Below, in pieces: positions 23,600-37,299 of a stretch of DNA of 64,000 nucleotides. The translations under genes were made by a program, and so were the position numbers. Numbering within the stretch: the first letter of the stretch is position 1; each line of letters begins with the position of its first letter. Source of the stretch: Auanema rhodensis (taxonomy: Eukaryota > Animalia > Nematoda); the NCBI GenBank assembly GCA_964057225.1, contig OZ059900.1:26164001-26228000 (forward strand). The letters run 5' to 3'. The notes under the pieces were generated by a model, which saw only the letters and a program-made list of their open reading frames with translations, searched no databases and was not told the origin of the DNA.

Positions 23600-26500
23600 A
23601 CCTTGTTTACAGCGAAATTTCCAAAAACTGGTTTTCCAGCATAATAATATATTTCTTATGGGAAATACTGTGTTTTTGTATTTTTCTAGTGTTCAGCATG
23701 TAAAATGCTTCATTTTAGTATGTAACACGCTGAAATTCGTTGCATTTGACGACTCATATGAACAAAAATCGATTTAATCAATATTAGCCATAAGGGGCGT
23801 GCCCTCAGAATATGCTAATTTCCTTAATTTTCTAACCCCTGTTTTTTTTGTCGTGAAAGTGGAACTAGACGTTGTACGAACAATTTTGAGCTAGGTTTCA
23901 TTGACATTGCATGAGTTTGAACACATGAAATCGTAAGTCAAAACCTTGTTTACAGCGAAATTTCCAAAAACTGGTTTTGCAGCATAATAAAATATTTCTC
24001 ATGGGAAATACTGTGTTTTTGTATTTTTCAAGTGTTCAGCATGTAAAATGCTTCATTTTAGTATGTAACACGCTGAAATTCGTTGCATTTGACGACTCAT
24101 ATGAACAAAAATCGATTTCATCAATATTAGCCATAAGGGGCGTGCCCTCAGAATATGCTAATTTCCTTAATTTTCTAACCCCTGTTTTTTTGTCGTGAAA
24201 GTGGAACTAGACGTTGTACGAACAATTTTGAGCTAGGTTTCATTGACATTGCATGAGTTTGAACACATGAAATCGTAAGTCAAAACCTTGTTTACAGCGA
24301 AATTTCCAAAAACTGGTTTTCCAGCATAATAAAATATTTCTCAAGGGAAAAACTGTGTTTTTGTATTTTTCTAGTGTTCAGCATGTAAAATGCTTCATTT
24401 TAGTATGTAACACACTGAAATTTGTTGCATTTGACGACTCATATGAACAAAAATCGATTTAATCAATATTAGCCATAAGGGGCGTGCCCTCAGAATATGC
24501 TAATTTCCTTAATTTTCTAACCCCTGTTTTTTTGTCGTGAAAGTGGAACTAGACGTTGTACGAACAATTTTGAGCTAGGTTTCATTGACATTGCATGAGT
24601 TTGAACACATGAAATCGTAAGTCAAAACCTTGTTTACAGCGAAATTTCCAAAAACTGGTTTTCCAGCATAATAAAATATTTCTCATGGGAAAAACTGTGT
24701 TTTTGTATTTTTCTAGTGTTCAGCATGTGAAATGCTTTATTTTAGTATGTAACACGCTGAAATTTGTTGCATTTGACGACTCATATGAACAAAAATCGAT
24801 TTAATCAATATTAGCCATAAGGGGCGTGCCCTCAGAATATGCTAATTTCCTTAATTTTCTAACCCCTGTTTTTTTGTCGTGAATGTGGAACTAGACGTTG
24901 TACGAACAATTTTGAGCTAGGTTTCATTGACATTGCATGAGTTTGAACACATGAAATCGTAAGTCAAAACCTTGTTTACAGCGAAATTTCCAAAAACTGG
25001 TTTTCCAGCATAATACAATATTTCTCATGGGAAATACTGTGTTTTTGTATTTTTCTAGTGTTCAGAATGTAGAATGCTTCATTTTAGTATGTAACACGCT
25101 GAAATTCGTTGCATTTGACGACTCATATGAACAAAAATCGATTTAATCAATATTAGCCATAAGGGGCGTGCCCTCAGAATATGCTAATTTCCTTAATTTT
25201 CTAACCCCTGTTTTTTTGTCGTGAAAGTGGAACTAAACGTTGTACGAACAATTTTGAGCTAGGTTTCATTGACATTGCATGAGTTTGAACACATGAAATC
25301 GTAAGTCAAAACCTTGTTTACAGCGAAATTTCCAAAAACTGGTTTTCCAGCATAATAAAATATTTCTCATGGGAAATACTGTGTTTTTGTATTTTTCTAG
25401 TGTTCAGCATGTAAAATGCTTCATTTTAGTATGTAACACGCTGAAATTCGTTGCATTTGACGACTCATATGAACAAAAATCGATTTAATCAATATTAGCC
25501 ATAAGGGGCGTGCCCTCAGAATATGCTAATTTCCTTAATTTTCTAACCCCTGTTTTTTTGTCGTGAAAGTGGAACTAGACGTTGTACGAACAATTTTGAG
25601 CTAGGTTTCATTGACATTGCATGAGTTTGAACACATGAAATCGTAAGTCAAAACCTTGTTTACAGCGAAATTTCCAAAAACTGGTTTTCCAGCATAATAA
25701 AATATTTCTCAGGGGAAATACTGTGTTTTTGTATTTTTCTAGTGTTCAGCATGTAAAATGCTTCATTTTAGTATGTAACACGCTGAAATTCGTTGCATTT
25801 GACGACTCATATGAACAAAAATCGATTTAATCAATATTAGCCATAAGGGGCGTGCCCTCAGAATATGCTAATTTCCTTAATTTTCTAACCCCTGTTTTTT
25901 TGTCGTGAAAGTGGAACTAGACGATGTACGAACAATTTTGAGCTAGGTTTCATTGACATTGCATGAGTTTGAACACATGAAATCGTAAGTCAAAACCTTG
26001 TTTACAGCGAAATTTCCAAAAACTGGTTTTCCAGCATAATAATATATTTCTTATGGGAAATACTGTGTTTTTGTATTTTTCTAGTGTTCAGCATGTAAAA
26101 TGCTTCATTTTAGTATGTAACACGCTGAAATTCGTTGCATTTGACGACTCATATGAACAAAAATCGATTTAATCAATATTAGCCATAAGGGGCGTGCCCT
26201 CAGAATATGCTAATTTCCTTAATTTTCTAACCCCTGTTTTTTTTGTCGTGAAAGTGGAACTAGACGTTGTACGAACAATTTTGAGCTAGGTTTCATTGAC
26301 ATTGCATGAGTTTGAACACATGAAATCGTAAGTCAAAACCTTGTTTACAGCGAAATTTCCAAAAACTGGTTTTGCAGCATAATAAAATATTTCTCATGGG
26401 AAATACTGTGTTTTTGTATTTTTCAAGTGTTCAGCATGTAAAATGCTTCATTTTAGTATGTAACACGCTGAAATTCGTTGCATTTGACGACTCATATGAA

Positions 26501-28200
26501 CAAAAATCGATTTCATCAATATTAGCCATAAGGGGCGTGCCCTCAGAATATGCTAATTTCCTTAATTTTCTAACCCCTGTTTTTTTGTCGTGAAAGTGGA
26601 ACTAGACGTTGTACGAACAATTTTGAGCTAGGTTTCATTGACATTGCATGAGTTTGAACACATGAAATCGTAAGTCAAAACCTTGTTTACAGCGAAATTT
26701 CCAAAAACTGGTTTTCCAGCATAATAAAATATTTCTCAAGGGAAAAACTGTGTTTTTGTATTTTTCTAGTGTTCAGCATGTAAAATGCTTCATTTTAGTA
26801 TGTAACACACTGAAATTTGTTGCATTTGACGACTCATATGAACAAAAATCGATTTAATCAATATTAGCCATAAGGGGCGTGCCCTCAGAATATGCTAATT
26901 TCCTTAATTTTCTAACCCCTGTTTTTTTGTCGTGAAAGTGGAACTAGACGTTGTACGAACAATTTTGAGCTAGGTTTCATTGACATTGCATGAGTTTGAA
27001 CACATGAAATCGTAAGTCAAAACCTTGTTTACAGCGAAATTTCCAAAAACTGGTTTTCCAGCATAATAAAATATTTCTCATGGGAAAAACTGTGTTTTTG
27101 TATTTTTCTAGTGTTCAGCATGTGAAATGCTTTATTTTAGTATGTAACACGCTGAAATTTGTTGCATTTGACGACTCATATGAACAAAAATCGATTTAAT
27201 CAATATTAGCCATAAGGGGCGTGCCCTCAGAATATGCTAATTTCCTTAATTTTCTAACCCCTGTTTTTTTGTCGTGAATGTGGAACTAGACGTTGTACGA
27301 ACAATTTTGAGCTAGGTTTCATTGACATTGCATGAGTTTGAACACATGAAATCGTAAGTCAAAACCTTGTTTACAGCGAAATTTCCAAAAACTGGTTTTC
27401 CAGCATAATACAATATTTCTCATGGGAAATACTGTGTTTTTGTATTTTTCTAGTGTTCAGAATGTAGAATGCTTCATTTTAGTATGTAACACGCTGAAAT
27501 TCGTTGCATTTGACGACTCATATGAACAAAAATCGATTTAATCAATATTAGCCATAAGGGGCGTGCCCTCAGAATATGCTAATTTCCTTAATTTTCTAAC
27601 CCCTGTTTTTTTGTCGTGAAAGTGGAACTAAACGTTGTACGAACAATTTTGAGCTAGGTTTCATTGACATTGCATGAGTTTGAACACATGAAATCGTAAG
27701 TCAAAACCTTGTTTACAGCGAAATTTCCAAAAACTGGTTTTCCAGCATAATAAAATATTTCTCATGGGAAATACTGTGTTTTTGTATTTTTCTAGTGTTC
27801 AGCATGTAAAATGCTTCATTTTAGTATGTAACACGCTGAAATTCGTTGCATTTGACGACTCATATGAACAAAAATCGATTTAATCAATATTAGCCATAAG
27901 GGGCGTGCCCTCAGAATATGCTAATTTCCTTAATTTTCTAACCCCTGTTTTTTTGTCGTGAAAGTGGAACTAGACGTTGTACGAACAATTTTGAGCTAGG
28001 TTTCATTGACATTGCATGAGTTTGAACACATGAAATCGTAAGTCAAAACCTTGTTTACAGCGAAATTTCCAAAAACTGGTTTTCCAGCATAATAAAATAT
28101 TTCTCAGGGGAAATACTGTGTTTTTGTATTTTTCTAGTGTTCAGCATGTAAAATGCTTCATTTTAGTATGTAACACGCTGAAATTCGTTGCATTTGACGA
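23600..28200. repeat. Tandem duplication of a 7-monomer block (period 2395 bp)
   Basis: Private markers repeat at +2395: TAATATATTTCTT (~23641/26036), the T8 tract, TTTCAAGT and TTTCATC (ORFs 23977/26372), GAATGTGG (~24881/27276) and CAGGGGAAAT (~25710/28105). Confidence 0.92.
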
Positions 28201-31200
28201 CTCATATGAACAAAAATCGATGTAATCAATATTAGCCATAAGGGGCGTGCCCTCAGAATATGCTAATTTCCTTAATTTTCTAACCCCTGTTTTTTTGTCG
28301 TGAAAGTGGAACTAGACGTTGTACGAACAATTTTGAGCTAGGTTTCATTGACATTGCATCAGTTTGAACACATGAAATCGTAAGTCAAAACCTTGTTTAC
28401 AGCGAAATTTCCAAAAACTGGTTTTGCAGCATAATAAAATATTTCTCATGGGAAATACTGTGTTTTTGTATTTTTCTAGTGTTCAGCATGTAAAATGCTT
28501 CATTTTAGTATGTAACACGCTGAAATTCGTTGCATTTGACGACTCATATGAACAAAAATCGATTTATTCAATATTAGCCATAAGGGGCGTGCCCTCAGAA
28601 TATGCTAATTTCCTTAATTTTCTAACCCCTGTTTTTTTGTCGTGAAAGTGGAACTAGACGTTGTACGAACATATTTGAGCTAGGTTTCATTGACATTGCA
28701 TGAGTTTGAACACATGAAATCGTAAGTCAAAACCTTGTTTACAGCGAAATTTCCAAAAACTGGTTTTCCAGCATAATAAAATATTTCTCATGGGAAATAC
28801 TGTGTTTTTGTATTTTTCTAGTGTTCAGCATGTAAAATGCTTCATTTTAGTATGTAACACGCTGAAATTCGTTGCATTTGACGACTCATATGAACAAAAA
28901 TCGATTTAATCAATATTAGCCATAAGGGGCGTGCCCTCAGAATATGCTAATTTCCTTAATTTTCTAACCCCTGTTTTTTCGTCGTCAAAGTGGAACTAGA
29001 CGTTGTACGAACAATTTTGAGCTAGGTTTCATTGACATTGCATGAGTTTGAACACATGAAATCGTAAGTCAAAACCTTGTTTACAGCGAAATTTCCAAAA
29101 ACTGGTTTTCCAGCATAATAAAATATTTCTCATGGGAAATACTGTGTTTTTGTATTTTTCTAGTGTTCAGCATGTAAAATGCTTCATTTTAGTATGTAAC
29201 ACGCTGAAATTCGTTGCATTTGACGACTCATATGAACAAAAATCGATTTAATCAATATTAGCCATAAGGGGCGTGCCCTCAGAATATGCTAATTTCCTTA
29301 ATTTTCTAACCCCTGTTTTTTCGTCGTCAAAGTGGAACTAGACGTTGTACGAACAATTTTGAGCTAGGTTTCATTGACATTGCATGAGTTTGAACACATG
29401 AAATCGTAAGTCAAAACCTTGTTTACAGCGAAATTTCCAAAAACTGGTTTTCCAGCATAATAAAATATTTCTCATGGGAAAAACTGTGTTTTTGTATTTT
29501 TCTAGTGTTCAGCATGTAAAATGCTTCATTTTAGTATGTAACACACTGAAATTTGTTGCATTTGACGACTCATATGAACAAAAATCGATTTAATCAATAT
29601 TAGCCATAAGGGGCGTGCCCTCAGAATATGCTAATTTCTTTATTTTTCTAACCCCTGTTTTTTGTCGTGAAAGTGGAACTAGACGTTGTACGAACAATTT
29701 TGAGCTAGGTTTCATTGACATTGCATGAGTTTGAACACATGAAATCGTAAGTCAAAACCTTGTTTACAGCGAAATTTCCAAAAACTGGTTTTCCAGCATA
29801 ATAAAATATTTCTCATGGGAAATACTGTGTTTTTGTATTTTTCTAGTGTTCAGCATGTAAAATGCTTCATTTTAGTATGTAACACGCTGAAATTCGTTGC
29901 ATTTGACGACTCATATGAACAAAAATCGATTTAATCAATATTAGCCATAAGGGGCGTGCCCTCAGAATATGCTAATTTCCTTAATTTTCTAACCCCTGTT
30001 TTTTTGTCGTGAAAGTGGAACTAGACGTTGTACGAACAATTTTGAGCTAGGTTTCATTGACATTGCATGAGTTTGAACACATGAAATCGTAAGTCAAAAC
30101 CTTGTTTACAGCGAAATTTCCAAAAACTGGTTTTCCAGCATAATACAATATTTCTCATGGGAAATACTGTGTTTTTGTATTTTTCTAGTGTTCAGAATGT
30201 AGAATGCTTCATTTTAGTATGTAACACGCTGAAATTCGTTGCATTTGACGACTCATATGAACAAAAATCGATTTAATCAATATTAGCCATAAGGGGCGTG
30301 CCCTCAGAATATGCTAATTTCCTTAATTTTCTAACCCCTGTTTTTTTGTCGTGAAAGTGGAACTAAACGTTGTACGAACAATTTTGAGCTAGGTTTCATT
30401 GACATTGCATGAGTTTGAACACATGAAATCGTAAGTCAAAACCTTGTTTACAGCGAAATTTCCAAAAACTGGTTTTCCAGCATAATAAAATATTTCTCAT
30501 GGGAAATACTGTGTTTTTGTATTTTTCTAGTGTTCAGCATGTAAAATGCTTCATTTTAGTATGTAACACGCTGAAATTCGTTGCATTTGACGACTCATAT
30601 GAACAAAAATCGATTTAATCAATATTAGCCATAAGGGGCGTGCCCTCAGAATATGCTAATTTCCTTAATTTTCTAACCCCTGTTTTTTTGTCGTGAAAGT
30701 GGAACTAGACGTTGTACGAACAATTTTGAGCTAGGTTTCATTGACATTGCATGAGTTTGAACACATGAAATCGTAAGTCAAAACCTTGTTTACAGCGAAA
30801 TTTCCAAAAACTGGTTTTCCAGCATAATAAAATATTTCTCATGGGAAATACTGTGTTTTTGTATTTTTCTAGTGTTCAGCATGTAAAATGCTTCATTTTA
30901 GTATGTAACACGCTGAAATTCGTTGCATTTGACGACTCATATGAACAAAAATCGATGTAATCAATATTAGCCATAAGGGGCGTGCCCTCAGAATATGCTA
31001 ATTTCCTTAATTTTCTAACCCCTGTTTTTTTGTCGTGAAAGTGGAACTAGACGTTGTACGAACAATTTTGAGCTAGGTTTCATTGACATTGCATCAGTTT
31101 GAACACATGAAATCGTAAGTCAAAACCTTGTTTACAGCGAAATTTCCAAAAACTGGTTTTGCAGCATAATAAAATATTTCTCATGGGAAATACTGTGTTT

Positions 31201-34200
31201 TTGTATTTTTCTAGTGTTCAGCATGTAAAATGCTTCATTTTAGTATGTAACACGCTGAAATTCGTTGCATTTGACGACTCATATGAACAAAAATCGATTT
31301 ATTCAATATTAGCCATAAGGGGCGTGCCCTCAGAATATGCTAATTTCCTTAATTTTCTAACCCCTGTTTTTTTGTCGTGAAAGTGGAACTAGACGTTGTA
31401 CGAACAATTTTGAGCTAGGTTTCATTGACATTGCATAAGTTTGAACACATGAAATCGTAAGTCAAAACCTTGTTTACAGCGAAATTTCCAAAAACTGGTT
31501 TTCCAGCATAATAAAATATTTCTCATGGGAAATACTGTGTTTTTGTATTTTTCTAGTGTTCAGCATGTAAAATGCTTCATTTTAGTATGTAACACGCTGA
31601 AATTCGTTGCATTTGACGACTCATATGAACAAAAATCGATTTAATCAATATTAGCCATAAGGGGCGTGCCCTCAGAATATGCTAATTTCCTTAATTTTCT
31701 AACCCCTGTTTTTTCGTCGTGAAAGTGGAACTAGACGTTGTACGAACAATTTTGAGCTAGGTTTCATTGACATTGCATGAGTTTGAACACATGAAATCGT
31801 AAGTCAAAACCTTGTTTACAGCGAAATTTCCAAAAACTGGTTTTCCAGCATAATAAAATATTTCTCATGGGAAAAACTGTGTTTTTGTATTTTTCTAGTG
31901 TTCAGCATGTAAAATGCTTCATTTTAGTATGTAACACACTGAAATTTGTTGCATTTGACGACTCATATGAACAAAAATCGATTTAATCAATATTAGCCAT
32001 AAGGGGCGTGCCCTCAGAATATGCTAATTTCTTTATTTTTCTAACCCCTGTTTTTTGTCGTGAAAGTGGAACTAGACGTTGTACGAACAATTTTGAGCTA
32101 GGTTTCATTGACATTGCATGAGTTTGAACACATGAAATCGTAAGTCAAAACCTTGTTTACAGCGAAATTTCCAAAAACTGGTTTTCCAGCATAATAAAAT
32201 ATTTCTCATGGGAAATACTGTGTTTTTGTATTTTTCTAGTGTTCAGCATGTAAAATGCTTCATTTTAGTATGTAACACGCTGAAATTCGTTGCATTTGAC
32301 GACTCATATGAACAAAAATCGATTTAATCAATATTAGCCATAAGGGGCGTGCCCTCAGAATATGCTAATTTCCTTAATTTTCTAACCCCTGTTTTTTTGT
32401 CGTGAAAGTGGAACTAGACGTTGTACGAACAATTTTGAGCTAGGTTTCATTGACATTGCATGAGTTTGAACACATGAAATCGTAAGTCAAAACCTTGTTT
32501 ACAGCGAAATTTCCAAAAACTGGTTTTCCAGCATAATAAAATATTTCTCATGGGAAATACTGTGTTTTTGTATTTTTCTAGTGTTCAGCATGTAAGATGC
32601 TTTATTTTAGTATGTAACACGCTGAAATTCGTTGCATTTGACGACTCATATGAACAAAAATCGATTTAATCAATATTAGCCATAAGGGGCGTGCCCTCAG
32701 AATATGCTAATTTCCTTAATTTTCTAACCCCTGTTTTTTTGTCGTGAAAGTGGAACTAGACGTTGTACGAACAATGTTGAGCTAGGTTTCATTGACATTG
32801 CATCAGTTTGAACACATGAAATCGTAAGTCAAAACCTTGTTTACAGCGAAATTTCCAAAAACTGGTTTTCCAGCATAATAAAATATTTCTCATGGGAAAT
32901 ACTGTGTTTTTGTATTTTTCTAGTGTTCAGCATGTAAAATGCTTCATTTTAGTATGTAACACGCTGAAATTCGTTGCATTTGACGACTCATATGAACAAA
33001 AATCGATTTAATCAATATTAGCCATAAGGGGCGTGCCCTCAGAATATGCTAATTTCCTTAATTTTCTAACCCCTGTTTTTTTGTCGTGAAAGTGGAACTA
33101 GACGTTGTACGAACAATTTTGAGCTAGGTTTCATTGACATTGCATGAGTTTGAACACATGAAATCGTAAGTCAAAACCTTGTTTACAGCGAAATTTCCAA
33201 AAACTGGTTTTCCAGCATAATAAAATATTTCTCATGGGAAATACTGTGTTTTTGTATTTTTCTAGTGTTCAGCATGTAAAATGCTTCATTTTAGTATGTA
33301 ACACGCTGAAATTTGTTGCATTTGACGACTCATATGAACAAAAATCGATTTAATCAATATTAGCCATAAGGGGCGTGCCCTCAGAATATGCTAATTTCCT
33401 TAATTTTCTAACCCCTGTTTTTTTGTCGTGAAAGTGGAACTAGACGTTGTACGAACAATTTTGAGCTAGGTTTCATTGACATTGCATCAGTTTGAACACA
33501 TGAAATCGTAAGTCAAAACCTTGTTTACAGCGAAATTTCCAAAAACTGGTTTTCCAGCATAATAAAATATTTCTCATGGGAAATACTGTGTTTTTGTATT
33601 TTTCTAGTGTTCAGCATGTAAAATGCTTCATTTTAGTATGTAACACGCTGAAATTTGTTGCATTTGACGACTCATATGAACAAAAATCGATTTAATCAAT
33701 ATTAGCCATAAGGGGCGTGCCCTCAGAATATGCTAATTTCCTTAATTTTCTAACCCCTGTTTTTTCGTCGTGAAAGTGGAACTAGACGTTGTACGAACAA
33801 TTTTGAGCTAGGTTTCATTGACATTGCATGAGTTTGAACACATGAAATCGTAAGTCAAAACCTTGTTTACAGCGAAATTTCCAAAAACTGGTTTTCCAGC
33901 ATAATAAAATATTTCTCATGGGAAAAACTGTGTTTTTGTATTTTTCTAGTGTTCAGCATGTAAAATGCTTCATTTTAGTATGTAACACACTGAAATTTGT
34001 TGCATTTGACGACTCATATGAACAAAAATCGATTTAATCAATATTAGCCATAAGGGGCGTGCCCTCAGAATATGCTAATTTCTTTATTTTTCTAACCCCT
34101 GTTTTTTGTCGTGAAAGTGGAACTAGACGTTGTACGAACAATTTTGAGCTAGGTTTCATTGACATTGCATGAGTTTGAACACATGAAATCGTAAGTCAAA

Positions 34201-37200
34201 ACCTTGTTTACAGCGAAATTTCCAAAAACTGGTTTTCCAGCATAATAAAATATTTCTCATGGGAAATACTGTGTTTTTGTATTTTTCTAGTGTTCAGCAT
34301 GTAAAATGCTTCATTTTAGTATGTAACACGCTGAAATTCGTTGCATTTGACGACTCATATGAACAAAAATCGATTTAATCAATATTAGCCATAAGGGGCG
34401 TGCCCTCAGAATATGCTAATTTCCTTAATTTTCTAACCCCTGTTTTTTTGTCGTGAAAGTGGAACTAGACGTTGTACGAACAATTTTGAGCTAGGTTTCA
34501 TTGACATTGCATGAGTTTGAACACATGAAATCGTAAGTCAAAACCTTGTTTACAGCGAAATTTCCAAAAACTGGTTTTCCAGCATAATAAAATATTTCTC
34601 ATGGGAAATACTGTGTTTTTGTATTTTTCTAGTGTTCAGCATGTAAAATGCTTCATTTTAGTATGTAACACGCTGAAATTCGTTGCATTTGACGACTCAT
34701 ATGAACAAAAATCGATTTAATCAATATTAGCCATAAGGGGCGTGCCCTCAGAATATGCTAATTTCCTTAATTTTCTAACCCCTGTTTTTTTGTCGTGAAA
34801 GTGGAACTAGACGTTGTACGAACAATTTTGAGCTAGGTTTCATTGACATTGCATGAGTTTGAACACATGAAATCGTAAGTCAAAACCTTGTTTACAGCGA
34901 AATTTCCAAAAACTGGTTTTCCAGCATAATAAAATATTTCTCATGGGAAATACTGTGTTTTTGTATTTTTCTAGTGTTCAGCATGTAAGATGCTTTATTT
35001 TAGTATGTAACACGCTGAAATTCGTTGCATTTGACGACTCATATGAACAAAAATCGATTTAATCAATATTAGCCATAAGGGGCGTGCCCTCAGAATATGC
35101 TAATTTCCTTAATTTTCTAACCCCTGTTTTTTTGTCGTGAAAGTGGAACTAGACGTTGTACGAACAATGTTGAGCTAGGTTTCATTGACATTGCATCAGT
35201 TTGAACACATGAAATCGTAAGTCAAAACCTTGTTTACAGCGAAATTTCCAAAAACTGGTTTTCCAGCATAATAAAATATTTCTCATGGGAAATACTGTGT
35301 TTTTGTATTTTTCTAGTGTTCAGCATGTAAAATGCTTCATTTTAGTATGTAACACGCTGAAATTCGTTGCATTTGACGACTCATATGAACAAAAATCGAT
35401 TTAATCAATATTAGCCATAAGGGGCGTGCCCTCAGAATATGCTAATTTCCTTAATTTTCTAACCCCTGTTTTTTTGTCGTGAAAGTGGAACTAGACGTTG
35501 TACGAACAATTTTGAGCTAGGTTTCATTGACATTGCATGAGTTTGAACACATGAAATCGTAAGTCAAAACCTTGTTTACAGCGAAATTTCCAAAAACTGG
35601 TTTTCCAGCATAATAAAATATTTCTCATGGGAAATACTGTGTTTTTGTATTTTTCTAGTGTTCAGCATGTAAAATGCTTCATTTTAGTATGTAACACGCT
35701 GAAATTTGTTGCATTTGACGACTCATATGAACAAAAATCGATTTAATCAATATTAGCCATAAGGGGCGTGCCCTCAGAATATGCTAATTTCCTTAATTTT
35801 CTAACCCCTGTTTTTTTGTCGTGAAAGTGGAACTAGACGTTGTACGAACAATTTTGAGCTAGGTTTCATTGACATTGCATCAGTTTGAACACATGAAATC
35901 GTAAGTCAAAACCTTGTTTACAGCGAAATTTCCAAAAACTGGTTTTCCAGCATAATAAAATATTTCTCATGGGAAATACTGTGTTTTTGTATTTTTCTAG
36001 TGTTCAGCATGTAAAATGCTTCATTTTAGTATGTAACACGCTGAAATTCGTTGCATTTGACGACTCATATGAACAAAAATCGATTTAATCAATATTAGCC
36101 ATAAGGGGCGTGCCCTCAGAATATGCTAATTTCCTTAATTTTCTAACCCCTGTTTTTTTGTCGTGAAAGTGGAACTAGACGTTGTACGAACAATTTTGAG
36201 CTAGGTTTCATTGACATTGCATGAGTTTGAACACATGAAATCGTAAGTCAAAACCTTGTTTACAGCGAAATTTCCAAAAACTGGTTTTCCAGCATAATAA
36301 AATATTTCTCATGGGAAATACTGTGTTTTTGTATTTTTCTAGTGTTCAGCATGTAAAATGCTTCATTTTAGTATGTAACACGCTGAAATTCGTTGCATTT
36401 GACGACTCATATGAACAAAAATCGATTTAATCAATATTAGCCATAAGGGGCGTGCCCTCAGAATATGCTAATTTCCTTAATTTTCTAACCCCTGTTTTTT
36501 TGTCGTGAAAGTGGAACTAGACGTTGTACGAACAATTTTGAGCTAGGTTTCATTGACATTGCATGAGTTTGAACACATGAAATCGTAAGTCAAAACCTTG
36601 TTTACAGCGAAATTTCCAAAAACTGGTTTTCCAGCATAATAAAATATTTCTCATGGGAAATACTGTGTTTTTGTATTTTTCTAGTGTTCAGCATGTAAAA
36701 TGCTTCATTTTAGTATGTAACACGCTGAAATTCGTTGCATTTGACGACTCATATGAACAAAAATCGATTTAATCAATATTAGCCATAAGGGGCGTGCCCT
36801 CAGAATATGCTAATTTCCTTAATTTTCTAACCCCTGTTTTTTTGTCGTGAAAGTGGAACTAGACGTTGTACGAACAATTTTGAGCTAGGTTTCATTGACA
36901 TTGCATGAGTTTGAACACATGAAATCGTAAGTCAAAACCTTGTTTACAGCGAAATTTCCAAAAACTGGTTTTCCAGCATAATAAAATATTTCTCATGGGA
37001 AATACTGTGTTTTTGTATTTTTCTAGTGTTCAGCATGTAAAATGCTTCATTTTAGTATGTAACACGCTGAAATTCGTTGCATTTGACGACTCATATGAAC
37101 AAAAATCGATTTAATCAATATTAGCCATAAGGGGCGTGCCCTCAGAATATGCTAATTTCCTTAATTTTCTAACCCCTGTTTTTTTGTCGTGAAAGTGGAA

Positions 37201-37299
37201 CTAGACGTTGTACGAACAATTTTGAGCTAGGTTTCATTGACATTGCATGAGTTTGAACACATGAAATCGTAAGTCAAAACCTTGTTTACAGCGAAATTT

